From Pyrinomonadaceae bacterium (GTDB lineage: Bacteria; Acidobacteriota; Blastocatellia; Pyrinomonadales; Pyrinomonadaceae), in contig JBKBYA010000007.1 in NCBI GenBank assembly GCA_046313635.1, positions 101,030 through 165,029 on the forward strand: a stretch of 64,000 nt of DNA, read 5' to 3'. The position numbers were made by a program, and so were the translations under genes. Every line of letters starts with the position of its first letter. Positions within the stretch are counted from its first letter, which is position 1. The notes below the pieces were generated by a model, which worked only from the letters and a program-made list of their open reading frames with translations, did no database searches and was not told the DNA's origin. Below, piece by piece: positions 16,732-26,517 of the stretch.

Positions 16732-17531
16732 TGTTCGCGAACCGGGTTCGTTTGTGGATCGGCCACCGTACCCTGCTCGGCAGCATCGGCGATAAGGGTC
16801 ACGGGAGAGACGGATTTGCCGTTCACGGGCTCGACCCTGAACCGCAGGATCGTGAACCCCGTGCGCAGGTTGTTATCGTTTCTCACCGGGGAGAAGGGGC
16901 TGTCCTTGAGGAGCAGCTTGGCCTTGAGCTGGACGGATTCCTCGACGTCCTGCCCGGCGGCTTTGCGGCGGATCTTCCGGACCCCGATCGCACGGAGAAC
17001 GTATGGGTCGTTCTCGTCGACGGTCAGGTCCTGAAGCTCCCACGAAGAGTTGACGCTCTCAGCTTTCTCCGCCGCCAAGACGCCGTTCTGCTTCAGGCGC
17101 GTCGCCATCGCGATCGACAGATCTGGGTCCAGCATCCGCAGCAGCTTGTTCACCTGGCTTTCCCGCGTCGATTGCTCGACCTGATAAAGGGCGGTGAGAA
17201 ATTCCTTGACCAGGTATTTCTTATCCGTGGCGGTGGGGGTATCCGGCGAGATAGCGACCGTCTCCGTAGAGCCGTAGTCGCGGTTGTTCAGTTCCACGAC
17301 CCGGCCCAACGATCGATCGACGACGATTCTGTCGGCTTTTCTCAGCGAGAGGTACAAATTGATCCCGACGCTGAGGGCGAGAACGATGAGAAGCACCCAG
17401 ACCGCCTTGAACAGCGAGGAGATCGTGACGATGTCCTCTGGGTCGCGGGTCAGATAGAGCGGTGCATCCGCAGGTGATATTGGTTCTTCTGCACACTCGG
17501 ATGTTCCTGATTTTGAAGTTGTTTCTTTCAT
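16728..17531 (-). CDS. VirB8/TraK-like inner-membrane T4SS protein
   Basis: Single TM helix, RIVVDRSLGRV, NTF2-like C-terminus ending NLRTGFTILRF. Confidence 0.65.
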   Translation of the reverse strand: MKETTSKSGTSECAEEPISPADAPLYLTRDPEDIVTISSLFKAVWVLLIVLALSVGINLYLSLRKADRIVVDRSLGRVVELNNRDYGSTETVAISPDTPTATDKKYLVKEFLTALYQVEQSTRESQVNKLLRMLDPDLSIAMATRLKQNGVLAAEKAESVNSSWELQDLTVDENDPYVLRAIGVRKIRRKAAGQDVEESVQLKAKLLLKDSPFSPVRNDNNLRTGFTILRFRVEPVNGKSVSPVTLIADAAEQGTVADPQTNPVREQ

Positions 17532-17572
17532 CGTTTTCGATGGCGGTCTTTCCCGCCGGATGCGAGCCAGTT

Positions 17573-17588
17573 CGCAAAATGGGTGCCA
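17573..17588 (-). promoter_or_regulatory. sigma54-type promoter for the virB8 to virD4 operon
   Basis: TGGCACCCATTTTGCG. Confidence 0.7.
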
Positions 17589-17691
17589 GAGCGGAATTGG
17601 CCGGTTGTTCTTTCCCAAGCCCTGTGTCGGGCGGATTTTGGAGCGATCCCGAACCGGGTGGTGCGGCTCGGGGCTGCAGAAATGAACCGAT

Positions 17692-18552
17692 CTAGCGCTT
17701 CGCCCGCGGAATGCCCGCGAACGTCGTGCGGGCGCTCCGAGCCGGCAATCCGAGAACGTCGGGGGAGATGATGACCGGCCCCTCACGCTCCAAGCGCGAT
17801 GCACCGCGATTCTCGTTAACCTCGTAACGGCTTCCGGTGCGCGGATCGTAGAGCACGACCATCGTGAAATTCTTCGGCAGGCTTTTCTTCTCAGTAGATT
17901 CCGATTCTGAGATAGCGATCGGCGACTCTAAATCGGGCGATGGGCCTTTCCTAACTTTCGGAAACTTGCCGTTGGCCTCAAGCCAGCGGTAGATCCTCTT
18001 CCCGTTCGCTACATAGCCGATCGTCTCCCGGTAAGGGGGTATTCCGTTCGCCGTGCGGCGCCCGGCCGGGTTGATCCGCCTTCCCCCGGTGGATAGTGTC
18101 CTCCCGCGAAGATAAGCGAGCACCGTTCCCTCGCCGGCGTTGTACGCGGCTAGGATGGACTCGACCCGGCCGGCGAAAAGTTTGCCTAAGTACTTCACGT
18201 ACCGGGCAGCCGCGTGGATCGACGACGTGGGCTCGTACGGATCGGCGAGGCCGAACCTTGCGGCGGTCGCGGGTATGAACTGCATCAGCCCCCGTGCGTC
18301 TTTCGGGCTCGTCAGCCAAGGGCGGAAACGGGTCTCGTTGTATCCAATTACCCAGAGGATGCGCGGGTCAACGCCGTGCTCGCGCGCCGCGTCCGCGATC
18401 GTCCGCTCGAAAAGCCGCGACCGCGAAAGCACGTCCATTCGGGAAAGGGCGGTCCGCGTGATCATCCGCCTCGTCTGTGATGGAACCGGTGCCGGGAAAG
18501 CAAAGATAACCGCAAGGAAAAATGCAGCGACGATCAAAGTTCGTTTTCGCAT
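17692..18552 (-). CDS. Lytic transglycosylase (VirB1-like)
   Basis: SLT motifs YNETRF, ARGLMQFIPAT, AYNAGEG, ETIGYV; signal peptide. Confidence 0.92.
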   Translation of the reverse strand: MRKRTLIVAAFFLAVIFAFPAPVPSQTRRMITRTALSRMDVLSRSRLFERTIADAAREHGVDPRILWVIGYNETRFRPWLTSPKDARGLMQFIPATAARFGLADPYEPTSSIHAAARYVKYLGKLFAGRVESILAAYNAGEGTVLAYLRGRTLSTGGRRINPAGRRTANGIPPYRETIGYVANGKRIYRWLEANGKFPKVRKGPSPDLESPIAISESESTEKKSLPKNFTMVVLYDPRTGSRYEVNENRGASRLEREGPVIISPDVLGLPARSARTTFAGIPRAKR

Positions 18553-18565
18553 GACCGGGCCGCTT

Positions 18566-18581
18566 CGCAACCGACGTGCCA
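18566..18581 (-). promoter_or_regulatory. sigma54-type promoter for virB1 (near-leaderless transcript predicted)
   Basis: TGGCACGTCGGTTGCG, ending 13 nt before ATG 18552. Confidence 0.72.
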
Positions 18582-18598
18582 ACCACCCCGCACGCGAG

Positions 18599-18614
18599 CG
18601 GCACGAGCGTTGCA
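18599..18614 (+). promoter_or_regulatory. sigma54-type promoter for the virB2-virB6 operon
   Basis: CGGCACGAGCGTTGCA. Confidence 0.72.
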
Positions 18615-18687
18615 CAGCGTGCAAAATCGTCGACGCTTTTCCGCTGCTCGCGAGGCGTCACGAAAAACTTACCCAGCGAGGACAAGA

Positions 18688-19029
18688 ATGAAAAAACTGC
18701 GCGAAACAATACGGCACGCCACCAGATCGTTAGCTCCGATCATGGCGGTTCTGATTTTCACGAACATCCTGCTCGCCCAAGGCCCGATCTTCACCGGCGA
18801 CGCGAGCAATCTTTCCAACATCATCCGCGAGTCCCTGAAGCTCATGGCGATCATCCTGTTCTGTCTCGGGGCGGTGGGGATCGCGTGGGCGATCTACAAC
18901 AAGCTCACCGGCAAGGAATGGGGCAACCAGGCTTTCGGCTCGATCCTGTCGTTCGCGTTCGGGACCATCGTGGCGGTGTTTTGGCAGCTCGCACAGGGGC
19001 GTGCGGTCGGCGTCGATACGAACTTTTAG
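18688..19029 (+). CDS. VirB2-like pilin
   Basis: 113 aa; leader plus two hydrophobic helices; precedes virB3/virB4. Confidence 0.75.
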   Translation: MKKLRETIRHATRSLAPIMAVLIFTNILLAQGPIFTGDASNLSNIIRESLKLMAIILFCLGAVGIAWAIYNKLTGKEWGNQAFGSILSFAFGTIVAVFWQLAQGRAVGVDTNF

Positions 19030-19039
19030 GAGGGGGCAA

Positions 19040-19366
19040 ATGAGACGACGAGCTACGCGGCCGAACGTGTTCCGCGGATTGAAAAGATTCGGGGTTTACT
19101 CGACCGACTGGAAGTACATACTCGTGCCGACCGCGGCAGCGTACCTGACCCCATTTCTGTTCGGCCTTTGGTTCGGCTACGTGCCGCTTGGTTTCCCCCT
19201 TGGCTTATTTACGTTCCTTGTACTGCTCGGAACTTTCAATTACCTCCGCCTGAGCAAACCGGAATGCTGGCTCTCCCAAAGATTCGATGCCATTGCGGAC
19301 CGATGGGCACCGTTTCGGCCTCCCCTCAATTCCGAACTAGATAAAGCGGATTGGATCAGAAATTAA
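19040..19366 (+). CDS. VirB3-like membrane protein
   Basis: Small two-TM protein, VFRGL..FGV, directly before virB4. Confidence 0.7.
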   Translation: MRRRATRPNVFRGLKRFGVYSTDWKYILVPTAAAYLTPFLFGLWFGYVPLGFPLGLFTFLVLLGTFNYLRLSKPECWLSQRFDAIADRWAPFRPPLNSELDKADWIRN

Positions 19367-19372
19367 ATCAAA

Positions 19373-22243
19373 ATGGATACAGCAAATCTTTCTTTCGCAC
19401 ATATCGCGGTCGCGCTGTTCGGCAGTTTTTCTTTCGCCGGCATCGGGTTCGCTATCGGTCGGCGGCTGCTCCCCCAATTCCGAATGCATCGCGAGCGGGT
19501 GACAGGGATCGCACCGACAACACGGAATTCTTCTTCGACTGAAATTCCCGGCGAAAAGGGACGGCTGCTGCCGACGGAGATCCTTGGTCTGGAGGGAAAC
19601 ATACTCCGCTACCGCGATGGGAGCTTCGGCAAGGCGTACAGCTTCGAGCCGGCGAACACCTTGTACGATGACGGCCGCCTGACCGAACAGCGGATCGACG
19701 ATCTCAAGACGATCCTGAAGTTCGATAAGCCGCCGGGCACGGTCATCCAGTTCCGTTTCGCGAGTGCGATGGACGACGGCCGAGTGCTCAAGGATCATCT
19801 TCGCTCCCGCGACGAGCAGAAAAGCGATCCGATCGCATCCGTCCTCCAAGCTACGAATCTTTCGCTTCTCGAAGAAGCTATCCGTTCGGGGCAGGTGATG
19901 CGTCAGTCGGCGACCGTTTGGGTACGCGTTCCGGTGAGGGACAAGGCGGACAACAGTCTCTTCGGCTCCGCATTCCCGTCAGTCATTCGCACCGTGCGCG
20001 CGAACGGTTTTCTCCGCTTCCTGCGGCAGCCGATCCTAAAGGCAAGGAACGCGGTTGGCGAAAACATGCTCACGCGGGAACTCAGGGTCGAATCGGAATG
20101 CCGTTCCAAAGCGGCCCGCGTTTTTCAGGGGTTCGAGGCGAACTTCCCGAAATCGCTGAACCTTCGTGAGATGGACCCGGAAGATTTGTTCGCGTCTGTT
20201 TTCACGAGCCACCGACGCGATCACGCACACGTTCCGATCCTTCCCGAGGACGCGCGCGTCGATGTCAGGAGATATCTCGCCAGCGCTCCGATCACTGCCG
20301 GTGGCGACCAGTTCGTCCGCCACAACGGCACCCCCGCAAGCCTCGTCAGCCTCAAGAGTCTGCCGAACGGGTTCGTCACGGCCGACGTGATGCGTTACCT
20401 AACGGCGACACGCAACTTGTGCTTCCCGCATGAGATTGTCGTCGATCTGATGACGACTGAGAAGCAAGCGGCAAAGAAGGATCTTCAAAAGCGAATCGAC
20501 CGAATCGAAGGCAGCCGGAACACCTGGCTTGGCTTCCGGAACCTGAAGAAGGACGCCGTGGTGATAAAGAGCGACCTTGAAGACCTGCTCGAACAGGTAG
20601 AAGCCGACAACGAAGAAATCTGCCGCCTGCGGATGAACGTCATCGTCTTCGCCGACCGATCTAAGGGGCCAAAGGAAGCCCGCATTCAACTGGAAATCCT
20701 CGACGAACGGTGCGATGCGGTTATCTCTGCGATCCGGAAGAAGATCGGAGCTGATGCCGTCAGAGAGGATGCCGTTCGCCAGCGTGCCATCTATCCGCGA
20801 ATGCTCGCCGGGGAAGTGTCGGCTAAGCGAACCGGTCAGGAGCTTACCGAAACTGCGGATTCCGTAATCGCGTTCGTCCCGACCGAAACGAGTTGGCGCG
20901 GGAGCGCGCGACCGCATAGCATCTTCACCACTCCCAATGGTCAGATGTTCGGGCTCGACCTGTACGACCGGGCATTGATCAAGTCCCCGACGGTCATCGT
21001 CACCGCAGCATCGGGGGAAGGAAAATCCTTCCTCGCGTCGATGCTGATAACCGACATTCGCGCGCACCGCGGGAACGTGAAGGTGCGGGTGATGGACTAC
21101 CGGCATTCGTTCAAACCTATTTGCCGTTTGTTCGGCGGCCGGCATATCGAGTTCACGGAAGAAAATCCAAAGCCCATCAACATCTGGAACTACCCCGGGA
21201 TCGAGAACGGCGTGCCACCGACCAAAAGACAGCTCGCGATGATGCTGACCGACATCCTGATCCTTAGCAAGACGCCGAAAACCGACGCGATCACGAGCGC
21301 AATCGCATCCACCGTCATCGACGAGGTCTACAAAATGGCTTTAGCCAGGAACGGTCACGGCCGCCCGAAGTTCCAGCCCGTGCTCGGGCACTTCCTCGAC
21401 ATTCTGAAAAGCTACCACTGGAACGCGGGCGAAGCGAGGCAGGCCAACGAGCTATACCTAAAGCTAAACGTTCATCGGAAAGACCCGTGGCTCAATTCTC
21501 CGACGCACCCCGAATTCGACGAGCCTTCGATGTTCGACGTTTTCGAGTTGTCCGGCATCAGCAGCCTCGACGAGAAGATTCGCGAGAGCGTTGGGTTCCG
21601 CATCAGCGCCCAGATCATGCAGGAGATCGGGGAAGAGAACACTCACAACCAGAAGATCCCGATCCTTTTCCTGTGCGACGAGATGCGCGAGATCAACCGG
21701 CATTTCCCTGCGATCCAGGAGCTCATCGCGGAGGCGACCGTGACGGGGCGAAAGGAAGGACTCGTCACGGTCCTTTTCTCGCAAGCGTACGAGCATTTCA
21801 CCGGGACACCCGAGCAGCCGAACGTCACCGGGATCGATCTCGTGAAAAACTCCGGCATGAAGATGATCGGGAAGCAGATCGGCGGGTTCGAGCGCCTCGC
21901 CGACGATTGCGAACTCGCGCCCGAGACCATCGCGGCGATTCGGGGGGTCAGAAACCAGTACGGCCGCTACACCCAGTGGGTGTTCGTGATCGGGAGCGGC
22001 ACCGACAAGATCGTCCAGATGGCGGAGATCCGTCTGTCCCCCGCGATGCTCTGGGCGAACACGAACGACACGAACGAGGCGAACGCCCGCCGACTGGTCG
22101 AGAACGTCCGACCTGACCTTCCGCCCGAAATTGTCGTCTCATGGCTCGCGTCGAAATATCCGAGCGGCCTGACGGCGGTCGGGCTGACCAGCATTTCGCA
22201 GCGGGACCTAAACGAGCTTGGCGGACTGGAGGTGGTGGCATGA
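19373..22243 (+). CDS. virB4: VirB4-family ATPase
   Basis: 956 aa; Walker A AASGEGKS, VMDYRHSF, FLCDEM, GRKEG..SQ. Confidence 0.88.
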   Translation: MDTANLSFAHIAVALFGSFSFAGIGFAIGRRLLPQFRMHRERVTGIAPTTRNSSSTEIPGEKGRLLPTEILGLEGNILRYRDGSFGKAYSFEPANTLYDDGRLTEQRIDDLKTILKFDKPPGTVIQFRFASAMDDGRVLKDHLRSRDEQKSDPIASVLQATNLSLLEEAIRSGQVMRQSATVWVRVPVRDKADNSLFGSAFPSVIRTVRANGFLRFLRQPILKARNAVGENMLTRELRVESECRSKAARVFQGFEANFPKSLNLREMDPEDLFASVFTSHRRDHAHVPILPEDARVDVRRYLASAPITAGGDQFVRHNGTPASLVSLKSLPNGFVTADVMRYLTATRNLCFPHEIVVDLMTTEKQAAKKDLQKRIDRIEGSRNTWLGFRNLKKDAVVIKSDLEDLLEQVEADNEEICRLRMNVIVFADRSKGPKEARIQLEILDERCDAVISAIRKKIGADAVREDAVRQRAIYPRMLAGEVSAKRTGQELTETADSVIAFVPTETSWRGSARPHSIFTTPNGQMFGLDLYDRALIKSPTVIVTAASGEGKSFLASMLITDIRAHRGNVKVRVMDYRHSFKPICRLFGGRHIEFTEENPKPINIWNYPGIENGVPPTKRQLAMMLTDILILSKTPKTDAITSAIASTVIDEVYKMALARNGHGRPKFQPVLGHFLDILKSYHWNAGEARQANELYLKLNVHRKDPWLNSPTHPEFDEPSMFDVFELSGISSLDEKIRESVGFRISAQIMQEIGEENTHNQKIPILFLCDEMREINRHFPAIQELIAEATVTGRKEGLVTVLFSQAYEHFTGTPEQPNVTGIDLVKNSGMKMIGKQIGGFERLADDCELAPETIAAIRGVRNQYGRYTQWVFVIGSGTDKIVQMAEIRLSPAMLWANTNDTNEANARRLVENVRPDLPPEIVVSWLASKYPSGLTAVGLTSISQRDLNELGGLEVVA

Positions 22244-23172
22244 TGAGAATCAACGAAACGGTTAGACAAATCCTTCTCGGCGCTGTTCTCTCGTCGATAT
22301 TCATCGGCCTTGACGCAAGGCCAGCTCAAGCGCAGTGGACCGTGTTCGACCCATCCCAATACGCGCTGCAGATCGAGAAGAAGATCGAGGAAGCCGCCCG
22401 CTGGGTTGAGACGATCAACCACTACATCTCGATGTACGAGAACGCCGTGAAGCAATACCAGAAGATGGTGGAGAGCGTGACGAACCTTCGCGGCATCCTC
22501 GACAAGGTGGACGAGCAGATCATGCGGCACAAGCAGCTGATCACGACCTATGCGACATTGGGGCGGCTGATCCGCGGCACGTTCGAACTGAAGAAACGGA
22601 TCGAAGCCGCCATAACGAGCCAGATACAGTCCGTGGTGAGCATCGCCCGGAGGCTCAAGAACGGCATCTTCGACATGGAGGCGAACAAGCGGGACCTGGA
22701 CGACTTCCTGCGCCATTCGATAGGGCGCAGTGCGGACGCACACCTGGCGAACCTCGAACGCCTCGCGAAACTCGACTCCGAACTGGAGCGGATGCTATTC
22801 GACCGCGAAAACATGCTCCTCGATCTCGCCAAGCTTTACGAGGAGCGCGAGCGGATCGCGGAGGCGACCCGGGCGATCTCCGCGAACCCCGACGCGAACC
22901 AGGACGGCGTGCAGTCCCTTATCGACCAGATGCTTGCCGTGAACCTCCGCATCACGACCGTCGAGGGGCAGCTCCGCGAGCTCGAAGCGAAGATCCAGGC
23001 GAAGTTCATCGTCTACGGACTCAAGATCGAACAGATGACGGAGTTCGGCAAGGAGATCCGGCGCACGACGGAGATGATGACGGGCATCACGCGTGCCTCC
23101 GACGACTTCTTGCGCGAACTGGAGCGACACGAGATCTGGAACGACGACGTCTATCAAAGCCCGCTTCCTTAA
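22240..23172 (+). CDS. VirB5/TrbJ-like protein
   Basis: Signal peptide, then AQWTVFDPSQY; coiled-coil. Confidence 0.7.
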   Translation: MMRINETVRQILLGAVLSSIFIGLDARPAQAQWTVFDPSQYALQIEKKIEEAARWVETINHYISMYENAVKQYQKMVESVTNLRGILDKVDEQIMRHKQLITTYATLGRLIRGTFELKKRIEAAITSQIQSVVSIARRLKNGIFDMEANKRDLDDFLRHSIGRSADAHLANLERLAKLDSELERMLFDRENMLLDLAKLYEERERIAEATRAISANPDANQDGVQSLIDQMLAVNLRITTVEGQLRELEAKIQAKFIVYGLKIEQMTEFGKEIRRTTEMMTGITRASDDFLRELERHEIWNDDVYQSPLP

Positions 23173-23206
23173 TGCCAACTTCCCCCGGAAGTCGAACTGC
23201 AAAGCA

Positions 23207-25447
23207 ATGAAAGTTAAAAACAGATTGAGCGGCAAAACTGCCGCACTCACCGCCCTGCTCGCGTCCTGCCTCCTTGCCTGCCTTTTCACGACGACGGCGG
23301 CCGGTCAAGGGCCGCCTCGTCCCCGCCCGCCCCGGGTCGAAGGGCAAACGCCGATCGGGACGATGAACGGGCAGCCCGTGACCGCGAACGATCTGATCAT
23401 GGGGATCAATCCGGACTCGCCTTTCATGCCACCCCTCGACGGAAGCCCGGCGCCCATCCTGCAGCAGTTCGAAAACCAGTACCCGGCGAACCCGACGGCA
23501 ACTCCGCAGCCGGTTCCGGTAATTCCCCCGAAGCCCGCCGCACCGAGTTTCGGCGAGCAGATCACGAATCTCATGCGGACGGGGCAGGAATGGCTGTTCC
23601 GGTCGGTGCTCGACACGATCATCCGGCCGCTGATGCCGATCCTGACGTTCTTAGCATGGATCATCGCGAGCTTCGTGCTGATCGTCGCGTTCATCCGCCG
23701 CTTCCACGACAACCGGGGCCTCGGCCCGGAGCAGTTGGTCGCGTGGGGCGTGAGGACGATCATATTCATGGTGGTGATCGGGGCGAGCCCGTTCATCATC
23801 GACGCGTTAACGGTTACGGGGAAGTTCTTCGCCCGCCCAATACGTGGTTACAACAGTTCGCTCATCGCCGAGTTCGACGTGAAGATGAAACAGTATGTGA
23901 AGAACAACTTCGCCGTCGAGGACCCGAACGAACTCCTCGCCGAACGGCTTCCGAACGGCCAACCCGGACTCGTCGGGATCATCACGGATAAAAGCTCATC
24001 CGTAAAAGACGTCACGAGCGAGATGAACATCCTGGGCTGGGACATGCCCCGAATGTTCACGCTCATGGTGATCGGGCAGAACATCATAAAGTTCGGCTCC
24101 GTTTTTCTGGCCGTCGCCGGCTTGTTCATCCTCATTGGACTTAAACTTGCCGCTCCCGTGCTTTCCGCATTCGGGTTCGACGAGAAGTTCGCGAACCAGA
24201 TCTTCTACCCGTTCTGCTGGGGCGTGGCGACGTTCGCGCTCGCGTTCCCGATCGTCAAAGCGGTGACGCTTTACGTTTGCTACAGCATCGGTCTACTCGC
24301 GCTCTCCATCTACAACGGCGAAGCGTTATTTTCTCTCGACCCCGCGACCGCGACGATAATCACCAACGGCAACTACGACCCGGCGTCGAGTGCCCTGATC
24401 GTCACGATTTTGTTCTTCGTTTCGAGCCTGTGCTTCATCCTCGTCCCGTGGCTGAGCTATCGCGTCCTGCGCGGGCAGGTGTACGAGGGGGTGTCGCAGG
24501 TCTCGATGGGGTGGATGCTATCCTCCATCGGCACGGCACTCGAAACGTACGGGCTCGTCGCGGGGGCCGCCCTGCACCGCCAGGCGGAGAATACGCAGAT
24601 TCAGGGGATCTACAGTGCCGAGCAGGTCGCCGCCAAGAAAGCTCTTGAGGCCGCGAACCAATCGACCGATGCGAGATTGGTGTCCTCCGTCGCGGGCGTT
24701 GAAGGCGGTCTCGTCACGAGCCTCGGGCAGATCCGCGCGAATCAGGTGACGCAGACCCTTCTAGCGGAGGCGAACAAAACGTTCGGCATCGCCAGCAGTT
24801 CCGCGGCGACGCAACGCGAGATCACGGGGATGAGGGCTGAGGCGGAAGGCAACCGGGAGGCCCGGACGTTCGACGGCAAAAAAGAGATCGAGCTGCGCGG
24901 GCAAGCCAACCTTGAACGTTTCGGGATGAAGACCTACGAGTTCACGCCGGGCGGTTCGTCGATCGCCGGCACTTCCGTCCCGATCCGTACCGGGCAGGAA
25001 CTTTTCGATTGGGCGCGCGACAAGCATCCGATCCAGGAGTTTAACAAGCGGATGGATTCGACTACGAGCAGTACCGTCGCGCTGCAGAACAACAACACGG
25101 ACATCGTGACCGACAAGAAGGTCGAGGCTTCGAACACGTACCAGGGCGACATCAATAAAGCCTACGAAGCGCAGGCGTCCGAAAGCATCGGCGCCATCAG
25201 CCGGGGGAGCGGCATCGCCGAGCAAAGCAGCAGGCAAGGGGCCGGAATACAGCTTTCCGGGATCAGACGGTCAGCGGAGATGGAGCGGGGGGCCAACCTG
25301 CTCAACTTCGAGGGACGCACGGAAGCCGCCTCGATCAACCAAACCGCCGCGACCGAAGCCGCTCGCTTGAGGATGGTCTCGACGGTCCTGACGGGATTCT
25401 TCAGAGATATGGATCGCAGGTTAGAGGAGATGAAACCAAAGTACTAA
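23207..25447 (+). CDS. Extended VirB6-like polytopic membrane protein
   Basis: Several TM helices plus a long hydrophilic C-terminal tail; follows virB5. Confidence 0.7.
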   Translation: MKVKNRLSGKTAALTALLASCLLACLFTTTAAGQGPPRPRPPRVEGQTPIGTMNGQPVTANDLIMGINPDSPFMPPLDGSPAPILQQFENQYPANPTATPQPVPVIPPKPAAPSFGEQITNLMRTGQEWLFRSVLDTIIRPLMPILTFLAWIIASFVLIVAFIRRFHDNRGLGPEQLVAWGVRTIIFMVVIGASPFIIDALTVTGKFFARPIRGYNSSLIAEFDVKMKQYVKNNFAVEDPNELLAERLPNGQPGLVGIITDKSSSVKDVTSEMNILGWDMPRMFTLMVIGQNIIKFGSVFLAVAGLFILIGLKLAAPVLSAFGFDEKFANQIFYPFCWGVATFALAFPIVKAVTLYVCYSIGLLALSIYNGEALFSLDPATATIITNGNYDPASSALIVTILFFVSSLCFILVPWLSYRVLRGQVYEGVSQVSMGWMLSSIGTALETYGLVAGAALHRQAENTQIQGIYSAEQVAAKKALEAANQSTDARLVSSVAGVEGGLVTSLGQIRANQVTQTLLAEANKTFGIASSSAATQREITGMRAEAEGNREARTFDGKKEIELRGQANLERFGMKTYEFTPGGSSIAGTSVPIRTGQELFDWARDKHPIQEFNKRMDSTTSSTVALQNNNTDIVTDKKVEASNTYQGDINKAYEAQASESIGAISRGSGIAEQSSRQGAGIQLSGIRRSAEMERGANLLNFEGRTEAASINQTAATEAARLRMVSTVLTGFFRDMDRRLEEMKPKY

Positions 25448-25530
25448 CTGATCATCGTCTTTCTTTCGAACCTGCGGATCGAGGGAGGTCGTATGCATGA
25501 CGCAGAATATTGCGGTTCGACAATACAGGC

Positions 25531-25550
25531 ATAGTGGGTCAGTTTGAAAT
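25531..25550. repeat. Possible terminal inverted repeat of an IS1-family element
   Basis: ATAGTGGGTCAGTTTGAAAT resembles ends I associate with IS1-like elements; lies 3' of the transposase relic. Confidence 0.5.
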
Positions 25551-25586
25551 TGCTCCCGTCCGAAATGTTAACCTAGCAGTGGCCGC

Positions 25587-25991
25587 ATGAAACATACAAT
25601 TTTCGTATTACTTGTTGCGCTTCTTTTCTCTGCGTGTTCGCGGAAGCAAATAGAAATGAATCCGACTCGTGACCATCTGCATTTTGAGTTTCTAACTCGC
25701 GAAGGGTGTAAGAATACTCCCGTGATGCTGGAGAACTTGAAGGCCGCGATCGCGGAAGGTCAGGTTTCCGCCGACTACACTGTTATTCAGCAAGCCGCGC
25801 TTCCGCCAGACGATCCGCGAACAGGCTATCCAACTCCGACAATTCTGCTGAATGGGAAAGACATATTCGGTTTGGCCGTACCTAAACCGCCTTTCCCGGA
25901 ACCGTCCTGACGGCTCTATCCGGGCGGAGTTCCGTCCTCTCAACGTATCGCGGAACACATTTCGAAGACAGGAAATCGGACCGAAGAGTGA
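25587..25991 (+). CDS. Putative selenoprotein: thioredoxin-like lipoprotein, UGA at 25908-25910 read as Sec (S-U-RLY)
   Basis: Lipobox FSAC; EGCKN, GYPTPTILLNGKDIF; the frame continues after TGA as RLYPGGVPS..TEE; hairpin at 25922-25937. Confidence 0.82.
25922..25937 (+). other. Candidate bacterial SECIS element
   Basis: GGGCGG-AGTT-CCGTCC after an 11-nt spacer from the UGA; G in the loop. Confidence 0.6.
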
Positions 25992-26059
25992 CCGGTTTCT
26001 CGTTTCATATTCCCTACTTGTAAGGGCCTTTTTCCTTCGCCGCCGCTTTCTATAGCTAA

Positions 26060-26510
26060 GCAACTATATCCACCATCTCCCACAGCTTCGATGATGCCCG
26101 CCGCCGCCCTTGCCCGAATACATCGTAGGTTCTTATGAATCCGACAGGAATTGTAATACATGTAGTGCAAAGCAATCGCGTGAGCGTGGCTTTCAAGCTT
26201 ATTTGAGAAGCCTATCGTCAAACGAGTGGATCGACGCATGCTCATACGCATAGTCGGATTTTGCCTTTCGATGTAGCTAGTGAGATTGCTTCGGTTTCGG
26301 GTTGTCAGCTATCAAATGCGTCTCACAACCGATGCGCTCAGCCGGAATTTAACGCGTCTCTTCTTTCTTGCTCGTCTTGCCATAGACCCTAACCAACATC
26401 ACGTAGCGGATCTCCGAACCGAAAGCGGATTCAACTACCGTCAAATACGGCTTGTGTCCGCCTGTTGTAAGATGTACGCGATTAACACGACGAGAGACTA
26501 GATCGGTGGG
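26060..26510 (-). pseudogene. Degraded IS1-family transposase
   Basis: DLVSRRVNRVHLTTGGHKPYL..AFGSEIRYVMLVRVYG and TSYIERQN.TMRMSMRR.TRLT.GFS.KLE.H..AIALH..YYN.CRIH, broken by stops. Confidence 0.85.
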
Positions 26511-26517
26511 CAAAAAC

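Larger units (their letters stand above)
1..25447. mobile_element. Conjugative element backbone (ICE or plasmid): leading region, oriT, relaxase, T4CP and T4SS; metal-resistance cargo follows
   Basis: Relaxase, VirD4, VirB4, SLT, pilin-like and ssb genes are co-located; no integrase or att site in the window. Confidence 0.9.
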
